Source: Deltaproteobacteria bacterium
GTDB taxonomy: Bacteria; Myxococcota; JACRCW01
Direction: 5' to 3'
Assembly: GCA_016218805.1 (NCBI GenBank)
Contig: JACRCW010000157.1
Span: forward strand, 1 to 64,000
DNA length: 64,000 nucleotides
The position numbers and the translations under genes are program-made. The notes beneath the pieces were generated by a model that worked only from the letters and a program-made list of their open reading frames with translations, was not told where the DNA came from and ran no database searches. This document shows, in pieces, positions 20,501 through 29,651 of the stretch. Within the stretch, counting starts at the first letter, position 1; each line of letters starts with the position of its first letter.

Positions 20501-20742
20501 TCACCGTGGATCTCTCCAGCCCCACCGGCGGCACCTGCGGCGCACGCAACAACGAGTTCTACTGCTACGGGCCGGGCGCCATGGGGCTGCAGGTGATGGG
20601 CGCCCCCGGCTTGGTCACCGCCGGCAACAACGGCTGGCATAACGACCCAGCCCAGTCGGGGACGGACTACTCCGTCGGGGTCCTCCCCAGCCCGTGGACG
20701 GAGTGCACGCCGTCGCCGTCACCGCGCGTGTGCATGCCCTGA
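17512..20742 (+). CDS. Large secreted lipoprotein-like protein: Ser/Ala/Gly-rich stalk plus right-handed beta-helix
   Basis: Signal ending GCGGC, about 210-aa Ser-rich tract, LYVDSVNGSD...TLTYAL...ETFPL (DUF1565-like), repeated NxxxG beta-helix rungs. Confidence 0.8.
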   Translation: MATGNRWTGLLAASLCLGVFSGCGGCSVTSAPGEGEDDAGPNQTTGDGGNNTAGSSSGTGSSGAGSSGTPASGTSQDVSSGGTATSDLGASSAGQGSSLGTSSSGGQASSLAGGSSGSQASSMTAASSAGGASSAGTASSLASASSGTVASSLGTASSTGSATSLPAGSSSATPATSLPVSSSSAGGATSAPPGSSSGSTVISSSGTPPASSSAAAPSSSAAQPSSSAAAPSSSAAAPSSSAAAPSSSGCPAPGTVAGSGCTGNGTACDTATGNILTCQAAGGCSTWVQTSDCVAQQLVCSTAAGAPACLCAPNSTGDLYVDSVNGSDAVTAGLRPTGVADPAGCRFGTLTYALSQVTTGHQVIATGAGGSGMTFTSGSSLTNSETFPLNVPADVALTTSDAPLNPARYTIVVNSGGLGVTLADGAELSGFTVAAGAGVTTPVALATCTAGSVLVDTVAMTGMMSGAITVHGVQASGTCAATVLSFTPTGLSGSGVRHVSTGASTITGSTFVSNTRGIHQTAGTVTVASGTTITASTGRGVLVDPGNGTAATFFATGLTVQTSSAAGIGLIPVTGATVTATLDNCTLTGNGRGNPIASGVEISGAVTATLTGVTATGNSRAGLQVGGGTVTVVGGAFDANGPPSSSVPGVSGGMEVIGGTVTITGPTTAGGNNQNGVAQAGGTITAADLTTGRNQVAGVAIVGGSFSGDRLVSSNNRGRGVHVLLGNSPGMALTNVRLTDPTLSLNTLQGMDVQAPSILSPVVGLHGIVSVTDNGLVTGSLGTAASGLRFAGGTVTLGGNVGDKVDVAGNGLFGIHLAGAQVTMTAAAVHENGMVIAGFPIGGGLAVTPETGVAMNVSGGEISRNNGYGVVVSRAPALAGGQNSLLLTGADIHDNPLNGVRVAPPPAGYGLPNGPVAASFNSLSIHHNDATGVYLENTNGGGTAVALTTNDIFKNGTTGVITPVGGLEIHNQISLGTFAGNKLHDNAGHQMRVQQNVTVDLSSPTGGTCGARNNEFYCYGPGAMGLQVMGAPGLVTAGNNGWHNDPAQSGTDYSVGVLPSPWTECTPSPSPRVCMP
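18140..18255 (+). repeat. About five 21-nt tandem units encoding SSSAAAP
   Basis: Degenerate TCGTCGTCCGCGGCGGCTCCG-like units within the CDS. Confidence 0.8.
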
Positions 20743-20760
20743 CGTTGGAGCGCCTCCCGC

Positions 20761-21294
20761 ATGCGGCTCCGCCACCACGTCCTGGCCTCACCCCTGGGTG
20801 AGCTGTTGGGCGTGGTCACGGATGAAGGCGCCGTCCGTTCCCTGCTGTTTGTGGAGCGTGACGGGGCGGACCGCGCGCTGGAGGCGCTGGGCCAAGCGGG
20901 AAACGACCTCCAGCACGACCAGGCCGCGCTGGCCAACCTGGCCGGCCAGCTGGCCGCGTACTTTGACGGGCGCCAGCGCAGCTTTGACCTGGCACTGGCG
21001 CCGGAAGGCACGGAGTTTGAGCGGCGCGTGTGGGCGGAACTGGTGCGCATCCCCTACGGCGAGACCCGCTCCTACCGGGACGTGGCGGTGGCCGTGGGGG
21101 CCGCCGGTGCCGAACGGGCCGTGGGCCGGGCCAACGGCCGCAACCCGGTGGCCATCATCATCCCGTGCCACCGGGTGGTGGGAGCCGACGGGAAGCTGGT
21201 GGGCTACGCCGGCGGGTTGTGGCGCAAGGAGCACCTGCTGCAGCTGGAGGGCGCACTCAAACAGCGTGCGCTGTTCCCCAGCTGGACGCCCTGA
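20761..21294 (+). CDS. ogt: Methylated-DNA--protein-cysteine methyltransferase
   Basis: GTEFERRVW, IPYGETRSY, IIPCHRV active site, GYAGG. Confidence 0.95.
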   Translation: MRLRHHVLASPLGELLGVVTDEGAVRSLLFVERDGADRALEALGQAGNDLQHDQAALANLAGQLAAYFDGRQRSFDLALAPEGTEFERRVWAELVRIPYGETRSYRDVAVAVGAAGAERAVGRANGRNPVAIIIPCHRVVGADGKLVGYAGGLWRKEHLLQLEGALKQRALFPSWTP

Positions 21295-21298
21295 GGCG

Positions 21299-22522
21299 TC
21301 AGCTGCACATCGGCGTGGCGCAGGTGCCGCCGCTGGTGTTGCTGTCGCACCACTCGGACGTGCACTGGCTGTCCCGGTCACACGGCTGCCCGTCCGCCTG
21401 GGCCGCGCCGCACACGTCGTTGCGCAGGCAGATGTCGCTCTGGCATTCGGCCCGGGACTGACAGGCGCTCCCGTTGGCCAGCCTGGCGCGGCAGGTACAG
21501 GAGAACGAGCCCCCTGACGTGTTGAACTCCGCCCGCAGGCCCGCGGCGCACGCCAGTGACGGCTCTGTCGCGCCCAGGGCGGCGCACGGCTGGCCCTCAC
21601 CCGGAGCGGCGGAGAAGGGTGCGCAGGTGCCCGCCGTGGACGTTGCCGAGGTCAGCTTGCACAGATGCCTGCAGGCGGTGGTCATCACGTCACACGCCGC
21701 GCCGTCCGCCGCCAGCGCCTTGCAGGTGTGGGTGGCGCCGTCGCAGTGGAGATCCGCGCGGCAGTCCGCGTTGTCGCCGCCACAGGGTTGGTTCTCCGCC
21801 GCCGGCGCCTTGCACGTGCTGCTGCCAAACGCCCCGGCGCAGTCCAGGTTCCCCGCACAGAAACTGGATTCGCAGGACGCGTTGAGCCCCGCCGGCGGGT
21901 CCGCGGCAACGCACGTGCTGCTGGGGCCGCATTCGTAGCTCTGACAGTCACTGCCGGAGGTGCACGGCTGGCCGTCAGCCTTGGGCGCCACGCAGGTCCG
22001 GCAGTCCGGCTTGTCCGTGCGCGAATTGCAGCGCAGCCCGGTGTCACACGCGCGGGGCGAGAAGTCCCCGCCCGCGGTGGTGCAGTCGCCGCCCGCCGCA
22101 ATGGGCTGGGTGGGATGCGCGGCCAGCTCGCAGTCGGCGTTGTCGTTGAACGGGTCGCTGGTGCACGCGGCGGTGGCAAACGACGCCTTGCAGGCGGACG
22201 CGTGCGCCGCGTCCAGCGTGAGTGCCTCGTTGAGCATCTGCTTGAAGGACTTGCCCAGCATCACCGAGTACATGGCGTCCAGCGTCGCGTAGTAGTCCTC
22301 GCACGCGGCCGCGTCGGCATAGTTGCGCCCGCGCGTGGCCGCGCAGCGCTCCTCAAACGCGCATATCAGTGGGACCAGCTCAGACAGGTAGAAGTCACCC
22401 ACGTCGTTGGAGCCGCCCCCGGAGGACGTCCCGCCGCCGGACGAGCCCCCGCCGCCTCCCGGCGAACAGGCCAGCGCCACGCCAACCACCGCCACCAGCC
22501 CCACCCGACTCATGCGCACCAT
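21299..22522 (-). CDS. Cys-rich secreted lipoprotein
   Basis: Lipobox ALAC, Gly/Ser linker, repeated GxxCxxxxxC modules. Confidence 0.8.
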   Translation of the reverse strand: MVRMSRVGLVAVVGVALACSPGGGGGSSGGGTSSGGGSNDVGDFYLSELVPLICAFEERCAATRGRNYADAAACEDYYATLDAMYSVMLGKSFKQMLNEALTLDAAHASACKASFATAACTSDPFNDNADCELAAHPTQPIAAGGDCTTAGGDFSPRACDTGLRCNSRTDKPDCRTCVAPKADGQPCTSGSDCQSYECGPSSTCVAADPPAGLNASCESSFCAGNLDCAGAFGSSTCKAPAAENQPCGGDNADCRADLHCDGATHTCKALAADGAACDVMTTACRHLCKLTSATSTAGTCAPFSAAPGEGQPCAALGATEPSLACAAGLRAEFNTSGGSFSCTCRARLANGSACQSRAECQSDICLRNDVCGAAQADGQPCDRDSQCTSEWCDSNTSGGTCATPMCS

Positions 22523-22632
22523 GTCATCTCCCTGGGGACGTTGTGCCCCTCGCCAGACCGGCGCGCGCTCATAGCGCGGGCCCCATGTCCCTCGCCATCG
22601 GGAGGGCGGCTCGCCTATGCTGCGCACATCCC

Positions 22633-23880
22633 ATGAACAAGGCCGTGCTCCTCGTGGACACCAACTCGTTCCGGCGCGCGGCCCTGGCCAAGGCGTTCGC
22701 GGTGCACCGGGTCTCCGTGGCGGAAGCACCCTCCCTGTTCCAGGGGATTGCGGCGCTGGGGCGCGCGGATTTCTCAGTGCTGTTGGTGGGGGAGGGGCGC
22801 CCGGCATCCATGCGCGGCCTGTGCCGCCTGGCGCGCAAGCGGCATCCGTCCATCCACATCCTGGTGCTGCAGCGCTCCGGCGGCAGCCTGGAGGCCGTGC
22901 GGCAGGCCACCGGCGTGACGCTGCACGGCGTGGACGGGGACGCCGCGGCGGCGGAGGTGGTGTCCCGCGTGGAGGCGCTGCAGAAGATGCCCGCGCCCAT
23001 GGAATATGACCCGCTGCACACCGCGCTGGTGCAGGTGGACGTGGCTGCCGCGCTGGCTGAGGAACAGGAGCACCCGCCCGAGGACGAGGACGTGTTTGCG
23101 GAGCCGGACCTGGCCGGCGCCGCTCCCGGCGAGGCCCCGCTGATGGAGGGCACGCTGGACAATGAAGGCGGCGCACCGCTCCTGATGGGCCTGTTTGCCC
23201 AGGAGGCCACCGGCACGCTGGCGGTAGACGCTGGCCCGGCGCGCGGGCGCTACCGGTTTGCCGCGGGGGAACCGGTGGGCCTGGACGAGGACGACGACGC
23301 CCTGTGGGCCGCCCTGCTCCGGACCCACCGCGTCAAGGAGGGCACCGCGCGTCCCGCCGCCCGCGCCGGCGGCCTGGCCGAGGCGCTTTTGAAGGGCGGC
23401 GCGCTCACGGGGGACGCCCTGCGCCGGCACCTGCAGGACGAGCTCAAAGACCGCCTGCGCCCGCTGGTGGGCCAGAAGGAAGGCGCGTGGCGGTTTGTGG
23501 AGGCCGCCGCCGCCGCGGATGACGCGCCCCGCGTCAATCCCTTCAGCATCATCCTGGAGCACTTCCGGCGCTCCATGAGCCCGGACCGCCTGCTCGTCGT
23601 GGGGCGCGAGCTGCAGGGCCGCTACCTGGTGCCCGGCACGGCGCTGGCGCTGGCGGCCTCCAAGCTGGCCGGGTTTGTCAAAGGGGCGGACGTGGCGGCG
23701 CTCATCAACGGCCAGTGCACCGTGGGCCAGTTCTACGAGGCCACCCGCCTGGACCTGCTGATGGGCGCGCTGGTGGTGCTCACGCTGGAAGCGGCCCAGC
23801 TGGTGAGCATGGCGGACAAGCCGCAGGCCGCGGATGCACCGCGCGTGGCGCTGGCGCGGGTTTCAACGGGGGACACCTGA
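22633..23880 (+). CDS. Pseudo-receiver plus DUF4388/PATAN-like signalling protein
   Basis: N-terminal VLLVD receiver-like fold without the acceptor Asp (VLLVGEG); MEGTL...LLMGLFAQEATGTL...F..GE. Confidence 0.6.
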   Translation: MNKAVLLVDTNSFRRAALAKAFAVHRVSVAEAPSLFQGIAALGRADFSVLLVGEGRPASMRGLCRLARKRHPSIHILVLQRSGGSLEAVRQATGVTLHGVDGDAAAAEVVSRVEALQKMPAPMEYDPLHTALVQVDVAAALAEEQEHPPEDEDVFAEPDLAGAAPGEAPLMEGTLDNEGGAPLLMGLFAQEATGTLAVDAGPARGRYRFAAGEPVGLDEDDDALWAALLRTHRVKEGTARPAARAGGLAEALLKGGALTGDALRRHLQDELKDRLRPLVGQKEGAWRFVEAAAAADDAPRVNPFSIILEHFRRSMSPDRLLVVGRELQGRYLVPGTALALAASKLAGFVKGADVAALINGQCTVGQFYEATRLDLLMGALVVLTLEAAQLVSMADKPQAADAPRVALARVSTGDT

Positions 23881-23914
23881 GGCCGCCCCGCGCTGGGGGC
23901 TCGGAGGAGGGAAC

Positions 23915-24433
23915 ATGGAGAAGGTGAAGAAGCTGGTGGGGGAGGTCCGGTCGGACCCCTCCAAGCGTGAAGAGATGTTCCGGGAGGTCTGCCGTTACGT
24001 CGTGGAGAAGGTGAAATCCACCCGCGCCAGCGTGTGGAGCTTCAATGCCGCCGGCACCGCCATTGTGTGCGATTGCATGCTGGACGACCTGGAGGGCAAG
24101 TACAGCAGCGGCACGCGCCTGAACGAGGACGACTTCCCGCAGTACTTCAAGGCCATCAAGGACGACCTCAAGGTGGTTGCGCCGGACGCGCGCACGCACC
24201 CCGCCACGGCGTGCTTCCGGGATGCGTACTTTGACCCGCTGGACATCAAGAGCCTGCTGGACTTTGTGGTCCTGGCTGGGAAGGAGCCGGTGGGCATCCT
24301 GTGCTGCGAACACTGCGGCGAGATCAAACACTGGTCAGCCGCGGACGCGGACGTGCTGCACCAACTGTCCACCGTGCTGGGCCTGGTCTGGCGGCAGAAA
24401 CCCCGTCCATCCGCGGGCGCGGCTGGCCTGTAA
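23915..24433 (+). CDS. Stand-alone GAF domain protein
   Basis: RASVW, FPQYFKAI, DARTHPAT, YFDPLDIKSLLD, GILCCEH; GGAGGAGG RBS. Confidence 0.85.
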   Translation: MEKVKKLVGEVRSDPSKREEMFREVCRYVVEKVKSTRASVWSFNAAGTAIVCDCMLDDLEGKYSSGTRLNEDDFPQYFKAIKDDLKVVAPDARTHPATACFRDAYFDPLDIKSLLDFVVLAGKEPVGILCCEHCGEIKHWSAADADVLHQLSTVLGLVWRQKPRPSAGAAGL

Positions 24434-24555
24434 CCACCGGATATCAAATAAGAACGACCGATTTTCGCGATCCTCGCATGACGCTGTGCGTTGACGGGTC
24501 GGGAATGGTGGGATAGGTGCGCACCCGCTTGGGGGAGGGCCCCCGGAGGTGCGTG

Positions 24556-26703
24556 ATGCGTACGAAGGTCGGGTTGGGCGCCTGGGTGGTGGGTGGGGGG
24601 CTGGTGGCGTCGGGTTGCCTCACTCCCATGGAGGAAGGGCCCGCCGCGGACGTGCTTGCCAGCGAGGAAGACGGCGAGCTGGCCCCCGGCTTCACCGAAT
24701 CCGCGGTGTACACGGAAGACCAATGGCGCACGGCGACCGGCGCGGCGCTCCCGGAGAGCGGGCACCCCTACCGGAACAACCTGTCCGAGGCCGCGGTGGT
24801 GGACGCGCCCGGTTGCGCCCAGGCCACGCGGCTGCGGTTTGAGCGCATTGAGCTGCGCAGCGGTGACAGCCTTTCACTGTACGGCGCGGACGGGCGGCGC
24901 GCGCAGCGTATCACCGGCACGCGGTCCAACTTTGTCACCAACGCCGTGACCGGCACGCAGGTGCGGCTGGTGCTGCGGACCAACGGGTCCGGCACGGCGT
25001 ACGGCTACAAGGTCTCCGCCGTCCAGGTGGTGGAAGGCGCCATCCCCTGCCCCATGATCGCCTGGCGCATGTGCGGTGAAGACCAGGTCACCATGGCGCG
25101 TGACCCCACGCCGGTGTGCGCCTGCCCGCGGCCGCCGCGTTGCGAGGCCCTCACCGACTTCACGGCGACGTTTGGCGCCGGTGGGGGGTTCAGCGGCGGT
25201 TGGAGCGGCCAGTTGCTGGACGGGCGCGGTCAGCTGTGGCGCGTGCGCCGCCAGACCGCAGGCAGCCAGGAGGAGCGGACGCTGGTGGGGTTCGCGTCAC
25301 TGGCCCGTACCAAGCAGCTGGCGGAAGCGCTGCAAGGCATGGACTTCTTCCGCCGGCAGAACCCGCATGACGCCGCCAACATGACGGTGACGTTTGCCGC
25401 GGTGCAGGGCGCGCTGCAGGGGGACGCCTCCTGGCCCTCCGGCGGGCAGCCGCCGGAGATGGAACCCGCGGTCAGCGCGTTCACCAAGGCGGCCACCTGC
25501 GGCACGGATGCCGACGCGGCGCACTGCGCATCCGGCTTCGCGTGCCAGAACAATGAATGCGTGGAGGCCCCCAGCTGCATCTGCCCCATGCTCTATGCGC
25601 CCGTGTGCAGCGAGTTCCACACGACATACGGCAACGCCTGCGGCGCGTCCTGTGCCGGCGAGCCCGTGGCCCACACGGGCGCGTGCGGCATTGACGGCGA
25701 GCCCTGCGGCGGCACGGCACAGCTGTCCTGCGCGGACGGGTTTGCCTGCTTCTACGGACCCGAGGGCCAACCCTCCCGCGAGCCCAGCTACCCGCTGCAG
25801 CCCGGCACCTGCCGGCCGGCGGACGGGACCGGCTGTGCGTGCCCGGAGATCTACGCGCCGGTGTGCGGCAGCGACGGGAGGACGTACGCCAGCTCCTGCC
25901 AGGCGGGCTGCCAGGGCGTGGCCGTGGCGCGCACCGGGCCGTGCGGCGCCGCCGGAGACCCGTGCGCGCCGGACAATGGCTGGACGTGCGCCGTGGGGCT
26001 GACCTGCCAGGAGAACGTCTGCCAGGACCAGCCCGCGTGCGTGTGCCGGATGATGTACAGCCCGGTGTGCGCGGTGAATGGGACCACCTACAACAGCCCG
26101 TGTGACGCGGCGTGTGACAACGCGCCGGTGCTCCACGACGGGCCCTGCGGCACCGAAGGCGACACCTGCGGCACCATCCGCGGACTGGTCTGCCAGGACG
26201 CGTTCAAGTGCCGCTACGCGGAGTCCACGTATGTGGCCCCCTATCCGGACGCTGGTGGAACGTGCGTCCCCTCCGCCTACTGCGACGCGCCCATTGAGTG
26301 CGGCACCAACGTCCGCCTGTCCTGCCCCGCCACCTGGTTCTGCGAGAGCCATGCGTGCCGCTACGAGTGCAACGCGCCCGTGGAGAGGTGGGTGCCCGAA
26401 GAGGTGACCTTCCAGACGGCGCACCCGTATGCCAACGACGCGCGCAAGGGCTGGACGGCCACCGGGGACGCGGACACGCGCGCCATCCGGTTTGTGTTTG
26501 ACCGGTTTGAGACGGAGACGGACTACGACTTTGTCACGCTGTACGACGAGGGGTGGAACGAGGTGATCCGCTACAGCGGGACCCTGGCGGCGTTCACGAC
26601 GGTGGAAGTGCCTGGCCGCGTGGCGCACGTGGTGTTCACTTCGGATACCAGCGTGACCCGCTGGGGCGTCCGCGGCGTCCGCGTGGAGTACCGCAAGCCC
26701 TGA
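24556..26703 (+). CDS. Secreted lipoprotein with two CUB-like domains and three Kazal-type domains
   Basis: Lipobox ASGC; ESGHPY and TAHPY...[13 protein letters not shown] motifs; [34 protein letters not shown]. Confidence 0.85.
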   Translation: MRTKVGLGAWVVGGGLVASGCLTPMEEGPAADVLASEEDGELAPGFTESAVYTEDQWRTATGAALPESGHPYRNNLSEAAVVDAPGCAQATRLRFERIELRSGDSLSLYGADGRRAQRITGTRSNFVTNAVTGTQVRLVLRTNGSGTAYGYKVSAVQVVEGAIPCPMIAWRMCGEDQVTMARDPTPVCACPRPPRCEALTDFTATFGAGGGFSGGWSGQLLDGRGQLWRVRRQTAGSQEERTLVGFASLARTKQLAEALQGMDFFRRQNPHDAANMTVTFAAVQGALQGDASWPSGGQPPEMEPAVSAFTKAATCGTDADAAHCASGFACQNNECVEAPSCICPMLYAPVCSEFHTTYGNACGASCAGEPVAHTGACGIDGEPCGGTAQLSCADGFACFYGPEGQPSREPSYPLQPGTCRPADGTGCACPEIYAPVCGSDGRTYASSCQAGCQGVAVARTGPCGAAGDPCAPDNGWTCAVGLTCQENVCQDQPACVCRMMYSPVCAVNGTTYNSPCDAACDNAPVLHDGPCGTEGDTCGTIRGLVCQDAFKCRYAESTYVAPYPDAGGTCVPSAYCDAPIECGTNVRLSCPATWFCESHACRYECNAPVERWVPEEVTFQTAHPYANDARKGWTATGDADTRAIRFVFDRFETETDYDFVTLYDEGWNEVIRYSGTLAAFTTVEVPGRVAHVVFTSDTSVTRWGVRGVRVEYRKP

Positions 26704-26712
26704 CCCGCCCGC

Positions 26713-27930
26713 TCACCGCGGTGCGGCCACGCCCCACACCATCCGCGGCGCGCTGCGCAGCACCGTCGTCCGCAGGGGCGCCATCCCGTCATTCACCGCC
26801 ATCAGCCGCGTGAACACCACCGGCTGCGCCTCCAGTGCCCGCATGACCAGCCTCAGCACCCAGGGCCGGTCCACGCTCCACAGCAGCAGGTGTGACAGCC
26901 GCCGCAGGTCCCGCACGCGGCGGCGGCGGAAGGCCGCGTAGGCCCGCAGCGCGTGTTCCGCCCCCGCCGGGTCCGCCAGGCAGCGCGCCACGCAGTCCGC
27001 CGCCGCGCCCGCCGTGGACAGCGCCACGCTCATCCCCTGGCCGGTCAGCGCATCCGCAGAGCCGGCGGCGTCCCCCACCAGCACCGCTCCGTCCGTGGTG
27101 CACCCGGTGGCCGCGGTCTCCAGCGGCCCCCACGCAAGCGGCGTGGAGACGGGCGTGGCCCCGGCCAGCAGCCCGCGCAGCGGTTCGCACTCCGTGAGCA
27201 GGCGCGTGAAACCCTGGCCCAGATGCCCGCCCAGCGGCGCCATCATGGACCGCGGCAGCAGCGCGGCCACGTTGAGCTCGTTGTGCGGGAGCGGGGTGAC
27301 GTACAGGTCCCAGCCGTCCATGAAGTGCACGTGCACCAGGCCGTCCGCGGACGGCCGCGCCAGGCGGAAGTGCTGCCGCACACCAAACCGCGGGTGCCCG
27401 GAACGGGAGCCCCGCAGGCCCAGCAGCCGCTGTGACGCGCCGTGCGTGCCGTCCGCTCCCACGACAAACCGCGCCTGCCACCGCTGCTCTCCCGCCACCA
27501 GCTCCCAGCCGCCGTCCTGCCGGGACACGCCGGTCACCGCCGCACCCTCCACGCGCTCCACGCCGCGGCGCACCGTCTCCTCCGCCAGCACGCGGTCCAG
27601 CACCCACCGCCGCACCGCCACGCCGCGCCCGCCCCCGGGAAACGCACCCGTGGCGGTCCTCCCGCGGTGGTGGAACGCAATGGCCGGGAATGCGTGGATG
27701 CCTTCGGCCGCCAGCCGCCCCAGCAGCCGGTGCTTCTCCAGCCAGGCGGCGCCGGATGGGGCCAGGCCTTCGCCGCAGGGCTTTTCCCGCGGGAAGTGAT
27801 CCGCCTCCAGGACCACCACCCGCAGCCCGCGCGCGGCAAGCTCCAGCGCCATGGCGCTGCCCGTCACGCTCCCGCCAATGACCGCCACGTCCCAGACCAC
27901 CGTGCCACTCCACAGCCCCCGGTGCCCCAT
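26713..27930 (-). CDS. FAD-dependent oxidoreductase (geranylgeranyl reductase-like)
   Basis: DVAVIGG, FPREKPCGEG, VVGADG, LVGDAAG...TGQGM. Confidence 0.88.
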   Translation of the reverse strand: MGHRGLWSGTVVWDVAVIGGSVTGSAMALELAARGLRVVVLEADHFPREKPCGEGLAPSGAAWLEKHRLLGRLAAEGIHAFPAIAFHHRGRTATGAFPGGGRGVAVRRWVLDRVLAEETVRRGVERVEGAAVTGVSRQDGGWELVAGEQRWQARFVVGADGTHGASQRLLGLRGSRSGHPRFGVRQHFRLARPSADGLVHVHFMDGWDLYVTPLPHNELNVAALLPRSMMAPLGGHLGQGFTRLLTECEPLRGLLAGATPVSTPLAWGPLETAATGCTTDGAVLVGDAAGSADALTGQGMSVALSTAGAAADCVARCLADPAGAEHALRAYAAFRRRRVRDLRRLSHLLLWSVDRPWVLRLVMRALEAQPVVFTRLMAVNDGMAPLRTTVLRSAPRMVWGVAAPR

Positions 27931-28037
27931 ACCGACGCGCGGTCCGCGCCGGCAACGCCGACCCGCCGCGGGGCATTGCCGGGGCCCCTTGGTGCTGTGG
28001 CATGGTGCCGCCCGTCACGTCGTCGAAGGGGAGCCCG

Positions 28038-29651
28038 ATGAAGGAGATCGACCGGATTGCCGCGCTGCTGGGCAGCGACGCGATGGAGAAGCAGGTGGCC
28101 GCGGCCATCATCCTGGGCGAGCTGGAGGTGGGCACGCCCGCGGTGCTGACCGGGCTGGGGAAGCTGCTGGGCGCGGAAAACGCGGTGCTGCAGCGGCACG
28201 CGCTGGACGCGCTGGCGCGCATGGGGCCCGGCAAGCTGCTGCCGGAGGTGCTGCGCCGGGTCACCCACGCGGACGCGGAGGTGCGGCGCGCGGCGGCGGC
28301 GGCGCTGTCCGCCGCGGGCAAGGACGCCGTGGCGCTCATCAAGGAGCGGCTGGCCACGGCCCCCCCGGACGAGAAGCGCGCGCTGGAAGGCGTGCTGGCG
28401 CGCATGGGCGGCGGGGACGCGTTCAGCGCGCTGCTGCGCTCGCTGGTGGAGGACAACCCGGAGGCCGCCCGGCAGGCGGCGCTGGCCGTGCGCGAACAGG
28501 TGCGCGCCGCGGACGCGCGCTCCCGCCGCGCGTACCTGGCGGAGACCGAGCGCTTCCTGGCGATGAAGAAGACCCAGGAGAGCCCGTCCGCCATGGCGGC
28601 GGCACTGAAGATCCTGGGCTTCATTGAGGACGACAAGGCGCTCCCCACGCTGCTCACCTGGCTCAAGAAGGCCGGCGCGCCCGCGGAGATAAGGCAGGAG
28701 GCCATCATTGCCGTGCGGTTTGCGCTCAAGGACCCGGACAAAGCGCGCGGCACGCTGGACGCGCTGCTGGAGATTGCCGAAGGCGGCGACAGAATGTTGG
28801 CGCGCACGGCCACGGACACGCTGCTGGGACTCAAACTGCCCGCCGCCATGGCGGGGCGGCTGGCGCGGCTGGCCGGTGCGGCGGACGGAGACCGGGCCAA
28901 GGTGGCCATGGAGCAGCTGGGCCAGCAGGACGGCAAGGAGGCCACCAAGGCGCTGGTGGAGCTGGTGGCCACGGCGCCGCGGGCGCGCGCGGAGGGTGCC
29001 ATCACCGCGCTGCAGGGGCACGAAGGCGCTGCCGGCATGCTGGCGCGCGCGCTGCTCAAGGCGACCGACGCGGACCGCGCGTGGCTCATCCGCAAGGCGG
29101 TCAAGCAGTGCGGCGGCGGCCGCCTGGACAAGAGGCTGCGCGACGAGCTGCTGGAGACGGCGTTTGAGCGCATCACCGCGGGCGAGCCGGGCTGGGAGGC
29201 GCTGCTGGAGGTGGCGCGGGACGCGGACCCGGAGACCACCGCGGAGGCACTGCGCGAGCTGGCCGCGCGCCTCAAGAAGGCCAAGAAGGAGGACCGTGCG
29301 CTGGCCGCCTTCCGCGTGCTGTGCCGCAGCGAGCACGCCACCGACGACGACCGCTACCTGTTGGCCTCACTGGAACTGGGGCGCAGCAAGCTGGACACGC
29401 ACCCGCTGTCCCGCGCGCGTGACGAGGCGCTGGGCCTGGTGCAGCAGCTGCTGGCGCGCCGTTACGACGTGGGCGCGGCGCTCAGGAAGGACCGCAGCAT
29501 CAGCCTGGAGCACAAGTTCTATCTGGGCTTCCACTTCATTGAGAAAGGCGAGCCGCTGGGCGAGGAGCTGCTCACCGAAGTGGTGGAGAAGTCCGGCCGC
29601 ACCAAGATGGGTAAGACCGCCAAAAACAAGTTGAAGCTGGCTGAGCAGTGA
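28038..29651 (+). CDS. HEAT-repeat (alpha-solenoid) protein
   Basis: Repeated VRRAAAAAL / ARQAALA / IRQEAIIA helical units. Confidence 0.75.
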   Translation: MKEIDRIAALLGSDAMEKQVAAAIILGELEVGTPAVLTGLGKLLGAENAVLQRHALDALARMGPGKLLPEVLRRVTHADAEVRRAAAAALSAAGKDAVALIKERLATAPPDEKRALEGVLARMGGGDAFSALLRSLVEDNPEAARQAALAVREQVRAADARSRRAYLAETERFLAMKKTQESPSAMAAALKILGFIEDDKALPTLLTWLKKAGAPAEIRQEAIIAVRFALKDPDKARGTLDALLEIAEGGDRMLARTATDTLLGLKLPAAMAGRLARLAGAADGDRAKVAMEQLGQQDGKEATKALVELVATAPRARAEGAITALQGHEGAAGMLARALLKATDADRAWLIRKAVKQCGGGRLDKRLRDELLETAFERITAGEPGWEALLEVARDADPETTAEALRELAARLKKAKKEDRALAAFRVLCRSEHATDDDRYLLASLELGRSKLDTHPLSRARDEALGLVQQLLARRYDVGAALRKDRSISLEHKFYLGFHFIEKGEPLGEELLTEVVEKSGRTKMGKTAKNKLKLAEQ

